From the human T2T-CHM13v2.0 reference genome, Homo sapiens: a DNA stretch of 64,000 bases. A program made the translations under genes and the position numbers. Positions within the stretch are counted from its first letter, which is position 1. Every line of letters begins with the position of its first letter. A model generated the notes under the pieces. It was not told where the DNA came from. It did not search any database and saw nothing but the letters and a program-made list of their open reading frames with translations. Below, in pieces: positions 13,559 to 27,292 of this stretch. Location of the stretch: assembly GCF_009914755.1 (NCBI RefSeq), contig NC_060931.1. The stretch is one strand, 5' to 3'.

Positions 13559-14315
13559 ATATTTTTTTTAACACTGGCAGCTGGAAAAGATCATCTTGTT
13601 TCATCTCGCTTAGTCTAACATAAAAAGAAAGTAGTACTTTGAATTTACCTAGAATGGCTTGAAATAGAATTATCATCAACTATTTGGCGAACTCACCTCA
13701 GTGAGGCTGCTATTACAGGAATACTAGGAGAAAGGATAGGTACAATTAGTAAAATAAGAATTTATAACTGGTATGTCTGCATTTGTATATCACACAGAGA
13801 TTTCAGAATATTAAATGGAAGATGTCAAGGAATTCATAGTTCAACAAAAAAGAAGGTTCAACTTCTAAAGTACTCTGCACAGAAAGACATAAATGAATTG
13901 TTTCAAAATTGCATTTGTCAGCCAACTGTTTGGAATTTGAATTTTTTTTTCATAAAAACGTTATAAACTATGATTTGCTTCCCGGGCAAAATTAGACTAA
14001 GGTTAAAACAAAACAGGAAAATACAAACACATCAAAACTTGGTATTTCTCCTTAATGCCATTTTAATGGAGAAGAAAAGCTCAGAAGGCTTAACCAATCA
14101 CTCTGTTTAGTTTTAACTGAGAGCTGAAAACATATATTGGATTTTCAAAAATGTTTTAGACTTTAAGGGAATTAGCTTATTGTATTCTGTCCATGCTCAC
14201 GTTCTTCTTTGTTCTTCATGCTATATTCATATAGTATTATTGCCAATAATCTTAGGGGAGGGACATCAGCCACATTCATAGCCAATGGAGGACAGCAATC
14301 TAAAACAGAAGATTA

Positions 14316-14940
<625 letters not shown>

Positions 14941-15129
14941 TAAGAAAGTTTGAGAGACACTGAAGTAACTTTGCAGGAAATTAAAGAGAAACAAGAAGGA
15001 GAAAAAAGAGTAAGAGTGAGGGAATTGCTTGCAATAGAGAAGTTACTTGAGGTGCAGTTAATGGAACTGAGAAATGAGAAAGGTGTGTGGAATTACCCTA
15101 GGAGGAAGGTGTGTTAAAAGTGCACAGAA

Positions 15130-15325
15130 ATCAAAATCCAAATGCCTTCAGACAGGTCCATGAAAGAAGCAGGCTGGGTTAGAAAGAATAGGAAATAGGG
15201 GGGACTGTGGCAAACTAGAGAGTTTCAAGAAATACATATTTATTTTTTCGTGAAACATCGGTGTGAGCCAAAGCCAAAACCTCTGTAAGCCGAGTTTTGT
15301 CTGCTGGCCACCATTCAGAACTTTC
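15130..15325. mobile_element. hAT-Charlie family fragment
   Basis: ggggactgtggcaaactagagag resembles Charlie4z/MER113-type sequence (from recall). Confidence 0.4.
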
Positions 15326-15334
15326 AGCAAAGAG

Positions 15335-15840
15335 ATGAAAAGCAGACCTGGAATCAGACTCCCTGGGTTCACATTCCTGCGTCACCACTCAGGATTCCAT
15401 GACCTCAATTTCCTCATCTGGGCCAGCATGGTGGCTCATGCCTGTAATCCCAGCACTTTGGGAGGCTGAGGCAGGCAATTACATGAGAGCAAGAGTTCAA
15501 GACCAGCCTGGGCAACATGGCGAAACCCCATCTGTACTAAAAATACAAAAACTAGCTGAGTGTTGCAGTGCATGCCTGTAGTCCCAGCTACTTGGGGGGC
15601 TGAGGCACGAGAATTGCTTGAGCCTGTGAGGCGGAGGTTATAGTGAGCCAAGATCATGCCACTGCACTCCAGCCTGGGTGACAGAGCAAGAGACTCTGTC
15701 TCAAAAAAATTTTTAAAAAAATCCTCACCTATATAATGATAGTTTCTACTTTGCATGATTGTGGTGAAGATTAAGTAAGATAATGTGGGTAAGGTACTTA
15801 GTGTAGAGTCCAGCAGGCCTCTCTGTAAGTGCTTAATGAG
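15335..15840 (+). mobile_element. MIR split by an Alu
   Basis: cctcaatttcctcatctg [Alu] ...gattgtggtgaagattaagtaagataatg. Confidence 0.7.
15421..15720 (+). mobile_element. Alu (Jb/Sz-type)
   Basis: Full dimer ggccagcatggtggctcatgcc...ctgtctcaaaaaaa. Confidence 0.94.
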
Positions 15841-15849
15841 CATGCACTA

Positions 15850-16150
<301 letters not shown>

Positions 16151-16670
16151 GCCTAATTCTATCCTTTAATATCTTCCTGAAAAGCTTTGTCCATAAGAGA
16201 AAAATTGTATTACTAATTATTTGAACCTCCATGCTACTGGCTTTAACTTCAGTCTCCAGAATCAAAAGACAGCAGCTCCAAGCCGACCCCCACTATAGGC
16301 AGTATATTTAGCTATGACCCTTTATTTAGAAAGGTGAGATTTTCTGGCTCATCTAAAGGCAGACTGCATTTTAAAAATTGTTATCATATAAACACTGAGA
16401 AATCTAACTACAAGAGAAATTTGGTGAGGGTGACAACAGGATACCCAATCAGCATTTCCACCTCAGGAGATGTAGAATGGTCACAGGCTGCATTTGTATG
16501 AGAGTCTGGGTGGTCTCTGGAAGAGATGGCTCAAAGGATTTGGAGAGGTCTATTGTGCCAGCCAAGGACTCTTTAATGGGAAAATGACAAAGGGTATCAC
16601 CAACCATGGGGAGAGCTCATCTTGAGGCTACGTTCATCCTGGGTCACCAAGTGCTTGCTAATAAGAATTC

Positions 16671-17330
16671 CTGATTTTTGCACCTTGATTTTGTATCCTG
16701 AAGCTTTGCTGAAGTTGTTTATCAGATCTAGGAGCTGTAGAAAGCAATTTGGAGATTTCTCAAAGAACTTAAAACAGAACTACAATTTGACACAGCAAAC
16801 TCATTACTAGGTATATATCCAAAGGAATATAAATCATTCTACCATAGAGACACATGTATGCATATGTTCATCACAGAACTATTTACAATAGCAAAGACAC
16901 ACAATCAACCTAAATGCCTATCAGTGGAGGACTGGATAAAGAAAATGTGGTACATAAACACCATGGAATGCTACATAGCCATAAAAAGAATGAGACGATG
17001 TCCTTTGCAGCAACATGGACTGAGTTGGTGGCCATTATCGTAAGTGGATTAACATAGGAACGGAAAACCAAATACTGCATGTTCTCACTTATAAGTTGGA
17101 GCTAAACATTGCATACACATGGATGCAAAGAAGGGAACAGTAGACACTGGTCTACTTGAAGATGGAGGGTGGGAGGAGGGAGAGGATCAAAACACTACCT
17201 ATCGGGTATTATGCTTATTACCTGGGTGATGAAATAATCTGTACACAAAACTCTCATGACATGCAATTTACCCATATAACTAACCTGCATATGGACCCCC
17301 CAAACCTAAAATAAAAACTGGAAAGAAGAA
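16671..17330 (+). mobile_element. 5'-truncated L1PA15/16-type insertion with short 5' inversion
   Basis: 16737-17330 is the sense ORF2 end plus 3'UTR (remnant WIKKMWYINTMECY); 16671-16736 is the reverse complement of ORF2 RT sequence; degenerate TSD aagaatt/aggaatt. Confidence 0.88.
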
Positions 17331-17641
17331 AAGGAATTACTTTGAGGAGTGGTATTGTTTGGTCTTTCAAATGCTATCCATCCACAGAGGAGCTTTACAT
17401 CCTTTTTCCTTTTTATCACATTTCTTGAGAAAAAGGTGAATATGAAAGACCTAAAGGTCTTGGAGAAAAAAAATAAAACTTGAAAGCTCGGGTTTGCTGT
17501 AAGGCACTTGGAAGACAAGCCCATCCTGGTGGAAGCCTCGTAAACAACCCTGAAAAGAGAGAACTCTGCTATCTGGGAATGAACAGCCACAGGAGCTGCC
17601 AGAGTAGCCCAGACAGAGGCACCGCATGGTGCCTTTGCTCT

Positions 17642-17954
17642 TGTGAAAGTAAAATAAATCTTGGGCCCCCCAAATTAGTATGACCTATGACCTGGAAGCC
17701 ACCTCCCTGCTTTGAGTTGTCCTGCCTTTGCTTCAAGTTGTCCCAACTTTCCAGACCGAACCAATGTTCATCTTACATATGTTGATTGATGTCTGATTTC
17801 TTCCTAAAATGTACAAAACCAAACTGTGCTCTGACCACAATGGGCACATGTCATCAGGACCTCCTGAGGCTGTGTCATGGGCCCGTGTCCTCAACCTTGG
17901 CAAAATAAACTTTCTAAATTAACTGAGACCCATCTCAGATATTCAGAGTTTACA
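17642..17954 (+). mobile_element. Solo MER4A/MER4A1 LTR with internal deletion
   Basis: TGTGAAAG.AAAATAAATCTTGGG start, aataaactttctaaattaactgagacc, ends TTTACA; flanks ctct/gtct. Confidence 0.88.
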
Positions 17955-18562
17955 GTCTCAGTAGCAACTAGGAGCACAATGTGGCCTAGTGTGAGAGAGC
18001 CCCTGGGGGGCCATGGGGACTGTTAGGAAAGTGAGCATAGTGGCGGGTACTGGGAATGTCATCCCTGATTCTGCCACCAGAGACAACCCTCCTATGTCAT
18101 CCTTGCCCCATGTGCACCTGTTATTTTTACCTACTGCAGTGTATTCTTCTAAGTTGGTTTCATCTCTAACTAGACAATGGCTCCAGGAGGAGTTGAGTCT
18201 TACTCATTTTGCATCCCTACCCCCTAGCAAAGAGCCTAGAATTTTATCAATGAATGAGTAGTAGGGTTCAGCGGTAAAGGCTACTTAATGACTACTTCTA
18301 CTGTCACACATATCCTGTGATTGTCATTATCTGGCTGGTATGGTTTAAGGTAAAATGAGATTAAATTAGAAACTGAGTTACATTATAGTGATTTGATAGA
18401 GAACCTGAGAAATGAAGCTGTAATCCCCTGATTTTCAACTAAGAAATCACAACTATTCTAGTATCTTCATTAATCCACAAAAGAATTGATGTGCTTTCTT
18501 GGGAGTATCCTGTCTTGTTTGATCCGCATGATCAAAGAGTTTTTAATGCAAGAATCATAGAG

Positions 18563-18941
18563 TGTTAGACTGGTTACAAAAATGGCTGCATTTCTCCACC
18601 CCTCCCTGTATCCACACCCATTACAATGTAACTCTGTGGCTCCTACCATCAGGAAGTGGAGTCTATTTCCCCACCTTCTGAATCTGGACTAGCCTTGTGA
18701 ATTGCTTTGACATAGAATGTGATGCAAGCGACAGCATGCTAGTTCTGAGCTAAGGCCTCTAGAGACCTTGCATATTTCTCACTCAGAACCTTGCCCCCAT
18801 TATATATACAAACCCAGGCTAGCCTGCTGGATAATCAAAGACACATGGTCTAGCCACCCATTGACTCAGCTGACAGCCAGCCAACCACCACACATGTGAC
18901 GTCATCCTAGACCAGAGAGCCCCCAAAATAGCTGATACTCA
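18563..18941 (+). mobile_element. MaLR LTR (MLT1H-like)
   Basis: gtggagtctatttccccacc...gaatctggactagccttgtga...ccaggctagcctgctgga. Confidence 0.7.
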
Positions 18942-19288
18942 CAGAATGTTGAAAAGCTGTTTTTCTACTCTGGTCAATAACTTTGACAGTTACATTCTAC
19001 CCTCAGTCAAACCAGTCCCTCAATTACTTTCATATTGGAGAATATCCAAAGGGGAAAATGAATCAAGTCTTCATCCCTTTCTTGACACAGATTTTGAAAA
19101 TCGCTAAAAAAGAATGAGTCTACTTGCAGAATTGACTCTTTCCAGGCTTCCTACCAACTGATAACAGAAATATGGGTGTTATACATGCATGCTAATAAAA
19201 GACTTCACCAAACTGCTTTATATAAAAAGAGTATACACACACATAAATATGCAAGGCTAACAAAAGGAACTTAATCTAGGTGGTGAGT

Positions 19289-19660
19289 TGTATTAGTCTG
19301 TTCTCACACTGCTATGAAGAACTACCTGAGACTGCATAATGAAGAAAAGAGGTTTAATTGACTCACAGTTCTACAGGCTTAACAGGAAGCATGGCTGGGA
19401 GGCCTCAGGAAACTTACAATCATGGTGGAAGGGGAAGCAAGCATGTTGTATCACAGCAGAGCAAGAGAGTGAGTGAGCGAAAAGGGAAGGGCCACACACT
19501 TTTAAACCATCAGATCTCATGAGAACTCACTATCACGAGAACAGCAAGGGGGAAATCCATCTCCATGATTCAATCACCTCCCACCAGGTGCCTCCCCCAT
19601 CACTGGGGATTTACAATTCAACATGGGGTTTGGGTGGGGACACAGAGCCAAACCATATCA
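19289..19660 (-). mobile_element. Solo THE1 LTR (THE1D-like)
   Basis: tgtattagtctgttctcac...ggggacacagagccaaaccatatca; TSD tgagt/tgact. Confidence 0.9.
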
Positions 19661-19691
19661 TGACTTAATACCAAAATGGCAGACCCAATGT

Positions 19692-20116
19692 TTGTTAGTT
19701 AGAATGAGGTTCAGCTGTGAGTGACAGACAGCCTCCCCACCCCCCATTTCCACTCCATCACCTAAATGACAGTAGCTCAAACAGGGTTGTAGTTGATTTC
19801 TCTTACATCAACGTTTAGGAAGAATGTTAAGACCCGTTGACTCCTGATGCCAGAAGCCCAGGGTCCTTCTATCTGGTTGCATTGCCATAGGTGGCCTTGA
19901 TCCCATGAGCCAAGATAGCAGCATGTGCATCCCACACAGTAGGATGGAAGAAAGGAGGGGGAAGAAAAGGCAAGCAATGCTACTGCTATCACCTCAACCA
20001 ATTAGCTAACACAGCCAGCTGCAAGGAAGGCTCAGAAACGGAATCTCTGAGGCCATTTGCTCAGCTTAAATTCAATTACTATGGCATTTGGAAGACAACT
20101 AGCAATCTCTGTCATA
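19692..20116 (-). mobile_element. Old MaLR LTR (MLT1I/J-like)
   Basis: gttcagctgtgagtgacaga...agctgcaaggaaggctcagaaa...acaactagcaatctctgtcata. Confidence 0.55.
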
Positions 20117-22334
20117 GAATGCTTAATATCATGTGATAAGTTTCTACTATGTGACAGTAGTAACATCTTAACTTTCCAGTGAGTTCGGTTCCCAATTATG
20201 TTTATATATTGGCTGTTTGTAATCTGGAAAGCAATTTCTCACAAACATTTCGACTGGCTATCTTCCTAGGTCAATAAATACAACCTATTCTAGCCCACAA
20301 TGGCCTTGAAATATAATTTTCATTTTTACTCAATGATCCTTTATTCCATCAGTCCAAGGGAAAAAAAATACATTCCAAATGACTACAGATTATGTATCTC
20401 AGGGGCAGGAAAGTTCCTCCTAAAACAGGAAAGAATGAAGAGAAAGGGGACCCTTTGGGACTATGAGGGTGCCGTACATTTGCATCCAAGAAAATAAATC
20501 TTCTTTTCTAGGGCATTAGTCATTCTATTCTAAGGTTCTGAATTGGGGAACACAGGGCCCACTGGGGGATGACAGATCAAGATCACATTCTGACACATTC
20601 TAACCTCATCTTATCTTTGTTGAGGGACTGCACTTCTATAGACCACACAGCCCTAAATATACTTACAGGGCACATGAAGGGCAAGGTCGAGCTGTCCTGG
20701 GACCTGGAGCCACCCTTTGGCTTCACTCCTCCCCAGTTCCAGGTTTTACTATATTCAAAGGCTTCCCATGAAGGCCAGTCTTTAACCAAGTCCACAATTG
20801 GCTTACCTGAGGAATTCTTGCCTGTGTGTGTGATAAACACATCCACACCTCCAGAAACACAGATACCAAGAAACAGAAGAGCCGAGCAAGACAAAGACAG
20901 AGACAGGGTGAAATGTGAAAAATTCAGAAGCACTTAGATTCTGTCATTTCATAGGCATCTAAATCATGGGGGACATGGACCATGAGGCATTTCCAACACA
21001 GAAATCTTTGAAATGATTTAATTTGGTAGTTGACGTTGTTTCCCGCTCCCATCAAGCGGTTTACCATTGCTGACAGATGTCTTTTCTGATTATCGCTGGG
21101 AGTCTTGCAACTTTGAAAGCTATTGATTAATGCATCTGTCTTCCCAGCCTTGGAAACCTTTTTACTAGGCTGCTTGAGAGAGTTGGTTAAAAATTCATCT
21201 TCCTATATTCAAGCTCTCTAAAAATTTGTATTAGGCTATATAAGCCATATGAGGGAGAGAAATACAGGTTTCCAAGAATAGGTTTTAAATGGGCTTGAAT
21301 TCTTTTTTGGTCTACCTTTCAGGAATGTGCTCTGCTAGCTGGCTAAAGGGCATGCCGAATGATAACATAGCCTCCTTCTAACTCACTTTCAAATAGGGAA
21401 GGGCTATGTGGCGAATTTTGTGTGTGTTTAATTTTATAAGCAGACTAAGTTTCTTTCAGGAGGTTGGGTTTTGATTTCGACTACCCCAAGAAACGTTCCC
21501 CAGAACTTTCCTTTAGGTATATACAAAATAGCTTTTTCTGTTGTGTTTCACTAAATTGTTGGGCAGTGAGATAAACCCATCCATAAAGTCTCCTGCCACT
21601 TCCTGTGGGGAGGCTGGAATACTGCAGACACTAACTTAAGGTTGGAAACAGTTTGCACAGGTCCAGGGTGACTCCTTACACAGGGGCCTCACAGCAACTG
21701 GCATGCACAGTGTCTAGGCTGTTTCCAGCAGAGCTAGACCTGTCTTCTCTTTCAGAAATCAAATAAGAACCAAGACCCTGCTGAGCTATTCTTGAACTTT
21801 CCTCTTTTCCCTGGGCATTTTATATCATCCAGCAAACCTTGCCCTTAGATTCCGGTGCCTAACCATCCTTTCCTCCCAAGGATTTAGGGACATTCAAACG
21901 TATGTTTTCCACTGAGTAACTAAGGATTAAGAATGTACATATCCTTGCATAGTACTTCTCACATCAATACGATTAGTTTGTCCTCTTGGTGCAAACACAG
22001 GGATGGTGATCAAAATATTTGATAACCTATAAAGCATGGCAATCCGCAATAAAAATGGAGGCTGGCCATTATGTGAGCTCAGTGTATACCGCAGAATGTT
22101 GGCCATGTCGTGAGTGGAAAGATTTCTTCTGGTAATCAATGTCCAGGTTGGAAGATTCCTACCGTGTTCCCATCTTTCTTAAAAAGAGGACATAACTCTT
22201 ACTGGCCTGGAGCTCGTTCTTGTAGAGGATTCATCCTTCGCTCTTCTGGGAGTTTGAGTGACAGTGTTTATAAGATGTGGCGAGGCTGAGGATCTATCTG
22301 TAGTTTCTAAACACGCCCATCAATTATAGATTAT

Positions 22335-22770
22335 CCCTTGCTTCCAATCAGTTACCAGGGTCTCTCAATTCTGCCTCCTACATAGTCCCAAATCATTTCT
22401 GTCTTCTGTCCCCTCTACCTCTTTGGTTAGGCACTCTTCCTGCCTTGCCTGGATTTCTCATAACTGGTGTCCCTGCTGTAGGTATCCCATTCTAACCCAT
22501 CCTGAACACACATGCAGGGAGGGTCTTCTCAGCACAGATCTGAGTGTGTCACCACAGCGCCTACAATATCTAAATGCTGCCCTGTAGGAAATAAAATCCA
22601 GCCTCTAATAATTCCAAGCACTTTGTGATGTACCCCACAATGTTCCCACATGCTATAATCAAAGTCCTATGCTCTAGCCAAGCCCAGTGACCTAAAGCCC
22701 CTTGAAGGCGCAGCTCTTCCTTACCTCAGTGACTTTGTGGGAGCTACTCCCTCAGTCTAGAGTCTGGATT
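22335..22770 (+). mobile_element. L2 fragment
   Basis: ccaatcagttacca...ttgcctggatt...ataactggtgtccctg...cacagatctgagtgtgtcac. Confidence 0.6.
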
Positions 22771-23019
22771 GGAAGTCTTTCCTGATCTGTCCAGGAATAT
22801 TCTCTACAATCTCAGAGAGCCTTATCTAAAAATCAAAAAGACTCTTCTCGAGGTCTTCTTTATAAATGGGACCATGTGTCTGTCACAACAACCCACCCCT
22901 ACTAAGTGGGCTGTTTACTCCCAGACATTTACTCCTAGAATGAGTGGAGGAGCAGAAAGAATAGGAGTTTAGGGTCTTAAGAGGACACTTATTGCCTGGG
23001 ATGATATTCACTTAACATC

Positions 23020-23103
23020 TATTAAGTTGTAGCATGTGACATCGCCATTTTTGTAAGTCAAAAATGGTAGAACGTCGGCCACTTCATATAGTTCAACCTA
23101 CTA
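23020..23103. mobile_element. MADE2-type mariner MITE
   Basis: About 80 bp imperfect palindrome tattaagttg...gttcaacctacta with TA ends. Confidence 0.8.
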
Positions 23104-23169
23104 TAAACCACGATCTCCATTCCCATGAAAGAAAATCCAGCTATTAGTCTCCACCTGCCAGGTCTGCTG

Positions 23170-23420
23170 TGCAGTGGTTTAGCATCGTGGTCAAAAGCTT
23201 GGATGGCAAACTCAGAACTGGATTAGAGTTCCACCTCTGACTACTTGCTGTGTGTCACCTTGGACAAGTTATTTGCCATTTACAAGCCTCAGTTCTTACA
23301 TCTATAAAGTTGGGGATAATAACAATGCCTTCTTCATAGAGAGATGGTGAGAATTAAATGAGATCATTTGCATAAATGGCCGAGTTCACAGTAAACACTT
23401 TCTAAATGGCAGTTATTGTG
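23170..23420 (+). mobile_element. MIR
   Basis: accttggacaagttattt...gcctcagttcttacatctataaa...gagaattaaatgaga. Confidence 0.8.
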
Positions 23421-25444
23421 AGCATCAAATACAGTATGTGGCTCGCTAAAATGCTCTACAAAAATTAATTTTAATTACCCTGTGTATAACTTAACAGTAC
23501 AACTAATTTGCAATCTGATTGCTTTGTTGATGAACATAATCTTTAGATCCTGAATACACTGTAGAATTCCTTTCTCCTTTTAAAAACCTTTATTCACAGT
23601 ATTTATTGACCAGGACCCTGGATGGGGCCTGCCTATGCATTTCCTTCTCTTTTCTTCCTGCATAGTTCATGTGCTATTAGTAGGACCTCAAGAGACTGGA
23701 ACAGAATTACCAGGGACCCCAGCACCTGCCCCATCCTCTTTCTCAAACTTCTAGACTCCCAGTGTCTACTGAAAAAGGCAAACGGGTAGGCAAGCAGCAG
23801 CACCAGGACAGGTGAGTAATGAGGGTATTTTATCTGTGAGACTGTAGTAACACCATCCTGGGGGTGAGGTCTTCACAGGATGGCCGTGTGTATTCCTCTG
23901 TGGGCTATCTCCTGGCTTGGCCTGTGTTTCCAAGGTCACATGGAGCTCCAAGCCTGGTCACCTAACTGTCTCACTGGCTGACTCTGTGTAGCACTGAGAA
24001 GGAGAAAGATAATGGACTAACTGTGGCAGTGCGGGCCAGGTCTGGCATCTTCAAGTATGCTAATCAGTCTTTCGCTTTTCCTCCTTTCCTATAGCAAAGG
24101 CCCAGAGGGTTTGGAGCATGTGGCTCTCATCTGCTTCACAAATGACTGGGTGATAGCTGTCCTCTGACTTCAAAGAAAAGCTGTTTCCTTACTGAAAGGC
24201 TTCACATTGAAGTTCTCAGGAGAGGAAGACTCAGTCTCTCCCAGATGACCCATAGCTCTGTGCGGCAGAACCACGGTGACAGTTTGTATAGGGCTTTCCC
24301 TCCCAGCTTCCTGGGCTTCCTCTGACTCTGGTTAGAGGAGGTGCTCAAGGGGAGAGATCGAGGCCTCTGCTCCTTGCTTAACTCAGTCCAGGGCAGAAGA
24401 GAGAATCATGATGCTCCAGCCAGAGAGCCCTGGGAATGGCTGCCAGTTCCTAGGTCTGCATCCCTCCTATTCCTGCAGCCAGACCCCTCCCCTCCTCGCC
24501 GTCACCATGCTCAGGCATGGGACAGTCCCGCACCTGGGTAGGGTAAACCTAAGAAGTCTATGCAACAACAGATAGAGTGACTCGGCTTCTTTGTTCTTGC
24601 TACTTGAGCCTTGTGCCTTCATCTTGATAACTGGCTTCCACATGATGGTGAACAGGCTCAACCTGTTTCCTAGTTCCCCCGTCTTGATGATTTGCCTGAT
24701 ACCTAGTTCTAAAAGGTGGGGGCCTGCCTAGCTCTAAAGGACTTATGGCCAGCCAGAATTGAAGAGAACAGCTGCTCCAAGAACTGCCTGCCATATGACA
24801 TGGTACAGGAAGGGGCTGGTGTTCACTGCTGGAGACAAGAGAAAGTGGTCAGCAGAGAGGCAACAAGAGAAGAGACAAAGGGGAGAGCTAGGAGAGGAGC
24901 CACATGGCGCCAGGAACCCGTAGTTAGCTCTTCCGCCTCACGTGGTTTTGATGGCCTGAATACAACTTGATTGTACCCACCTGATTCATGAGGGGACTCC
25001 TAGGGCTTTGAGATAAAGCAATGTCAGTGGGAAACAAACAGAAAACTACACTAAGCATTCCTTTTCAGCCATTATTTTAAACATAGGGTGTGTACCTGTG
25101 AGGCAGCAAGAACACTCTTAATTACTCCCTTACAAAAAAGTCTAGCTCATTTCCACATCTTTGCTTCCTTTTTAACTTTGCCAAAATGCATACCCAAGCA
25201 CATTTTGGAGGAGCATGTCCTCAGTCTGGTCACAGTCACTGTGACATCTTGGTCTATTGAATGGTGCCTCTAGAGTTGTGCTCACTGAGCCTCAGCAGCT
25301 GTATATGGTAGCTCCAAATTTGATTCCAGGATTATTCCGTCTGCATAAGAATTTTATCGAGTCTATTTTCTATGTCTATTCGGAAAACATAATATATCCT
25401 CAACCAGTTATCACAATCTTCATTAAAATTTGAATTTATCATGA

Positions 25445-25769
<325 letters not shown>

Positions 25770-25948
25770 TAGGACTCAATTTTTTAACCTCTGCTGCTGG
25801 TAATCCATTGAGATCCAGGTATGCAAACATAATAATGGTAATAACGGGCAGCTAGAATTTACCAAGAATTTCCTATGTGTCAAGTACTGAGCTAAGGGCT
25901 TTACAGGCATTATTTTATTCTCACAATCTCTCAGTGTTGTCATCTCTA

Positions 25949-26900
<952 letters not shown>

Positions 26901-27122
26901 CAGGTTGGAGCAAGCAAACAACTATTGGATAAAGGAGCATGAAAGAAGTCCCGGGTTGGCAAGGTCCCTACAAAAACCCGGAAAAAGCAAAGACGAAGCA
27001 CCAGAGACCCTCCACATGGGCTGTGCCCACTCACCGTCCAAGGAAGACGGCCCCTCAAGCCTGTTGAATCCAGTTTCTCTTCCAGACCTCCAGATCCAAG
27101 TCCATACCCATTCTCTTGAGTC

Positions 27123-27292
27123 TTGCTTCTCAAAGCAGGGCGCTGGAACCAAGTGCATCAGCATCACCTGGGAAATGCGAATTTACTGACCCCTAGCTCA
27201 GACCCACTGAATCAGGAACTCTGAGGGTGGAGCCCAGCAATCTGTGTTTTACCATGCTCCCCAGGTGATCATGATGCACACTCACATTTGAG
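27123..27292. mobile_element. MER5A
   Basis: gcatcagcatcacctggga...actgaatcaggaactctgagggtggagcccagcaatctgtgtttta. Confidence 0.85.

Noticed and set aside
16858-17043. ORF similar to the L1 ORF2p C-terminus
   Set aside because: Frameshifted remnant of a truncated L1
20569-20937. Overlapping 122- and 116-aa ORFs on opposite strands
   Set aside because: No recognisable homology; lengths compatible with chance
22069-22160. Minus-strand peptide ending SAVYTELT-stop (ITIM-like)
   Set aside because: In-frame stop just upstream, no good acceptor, imperfect ITIM
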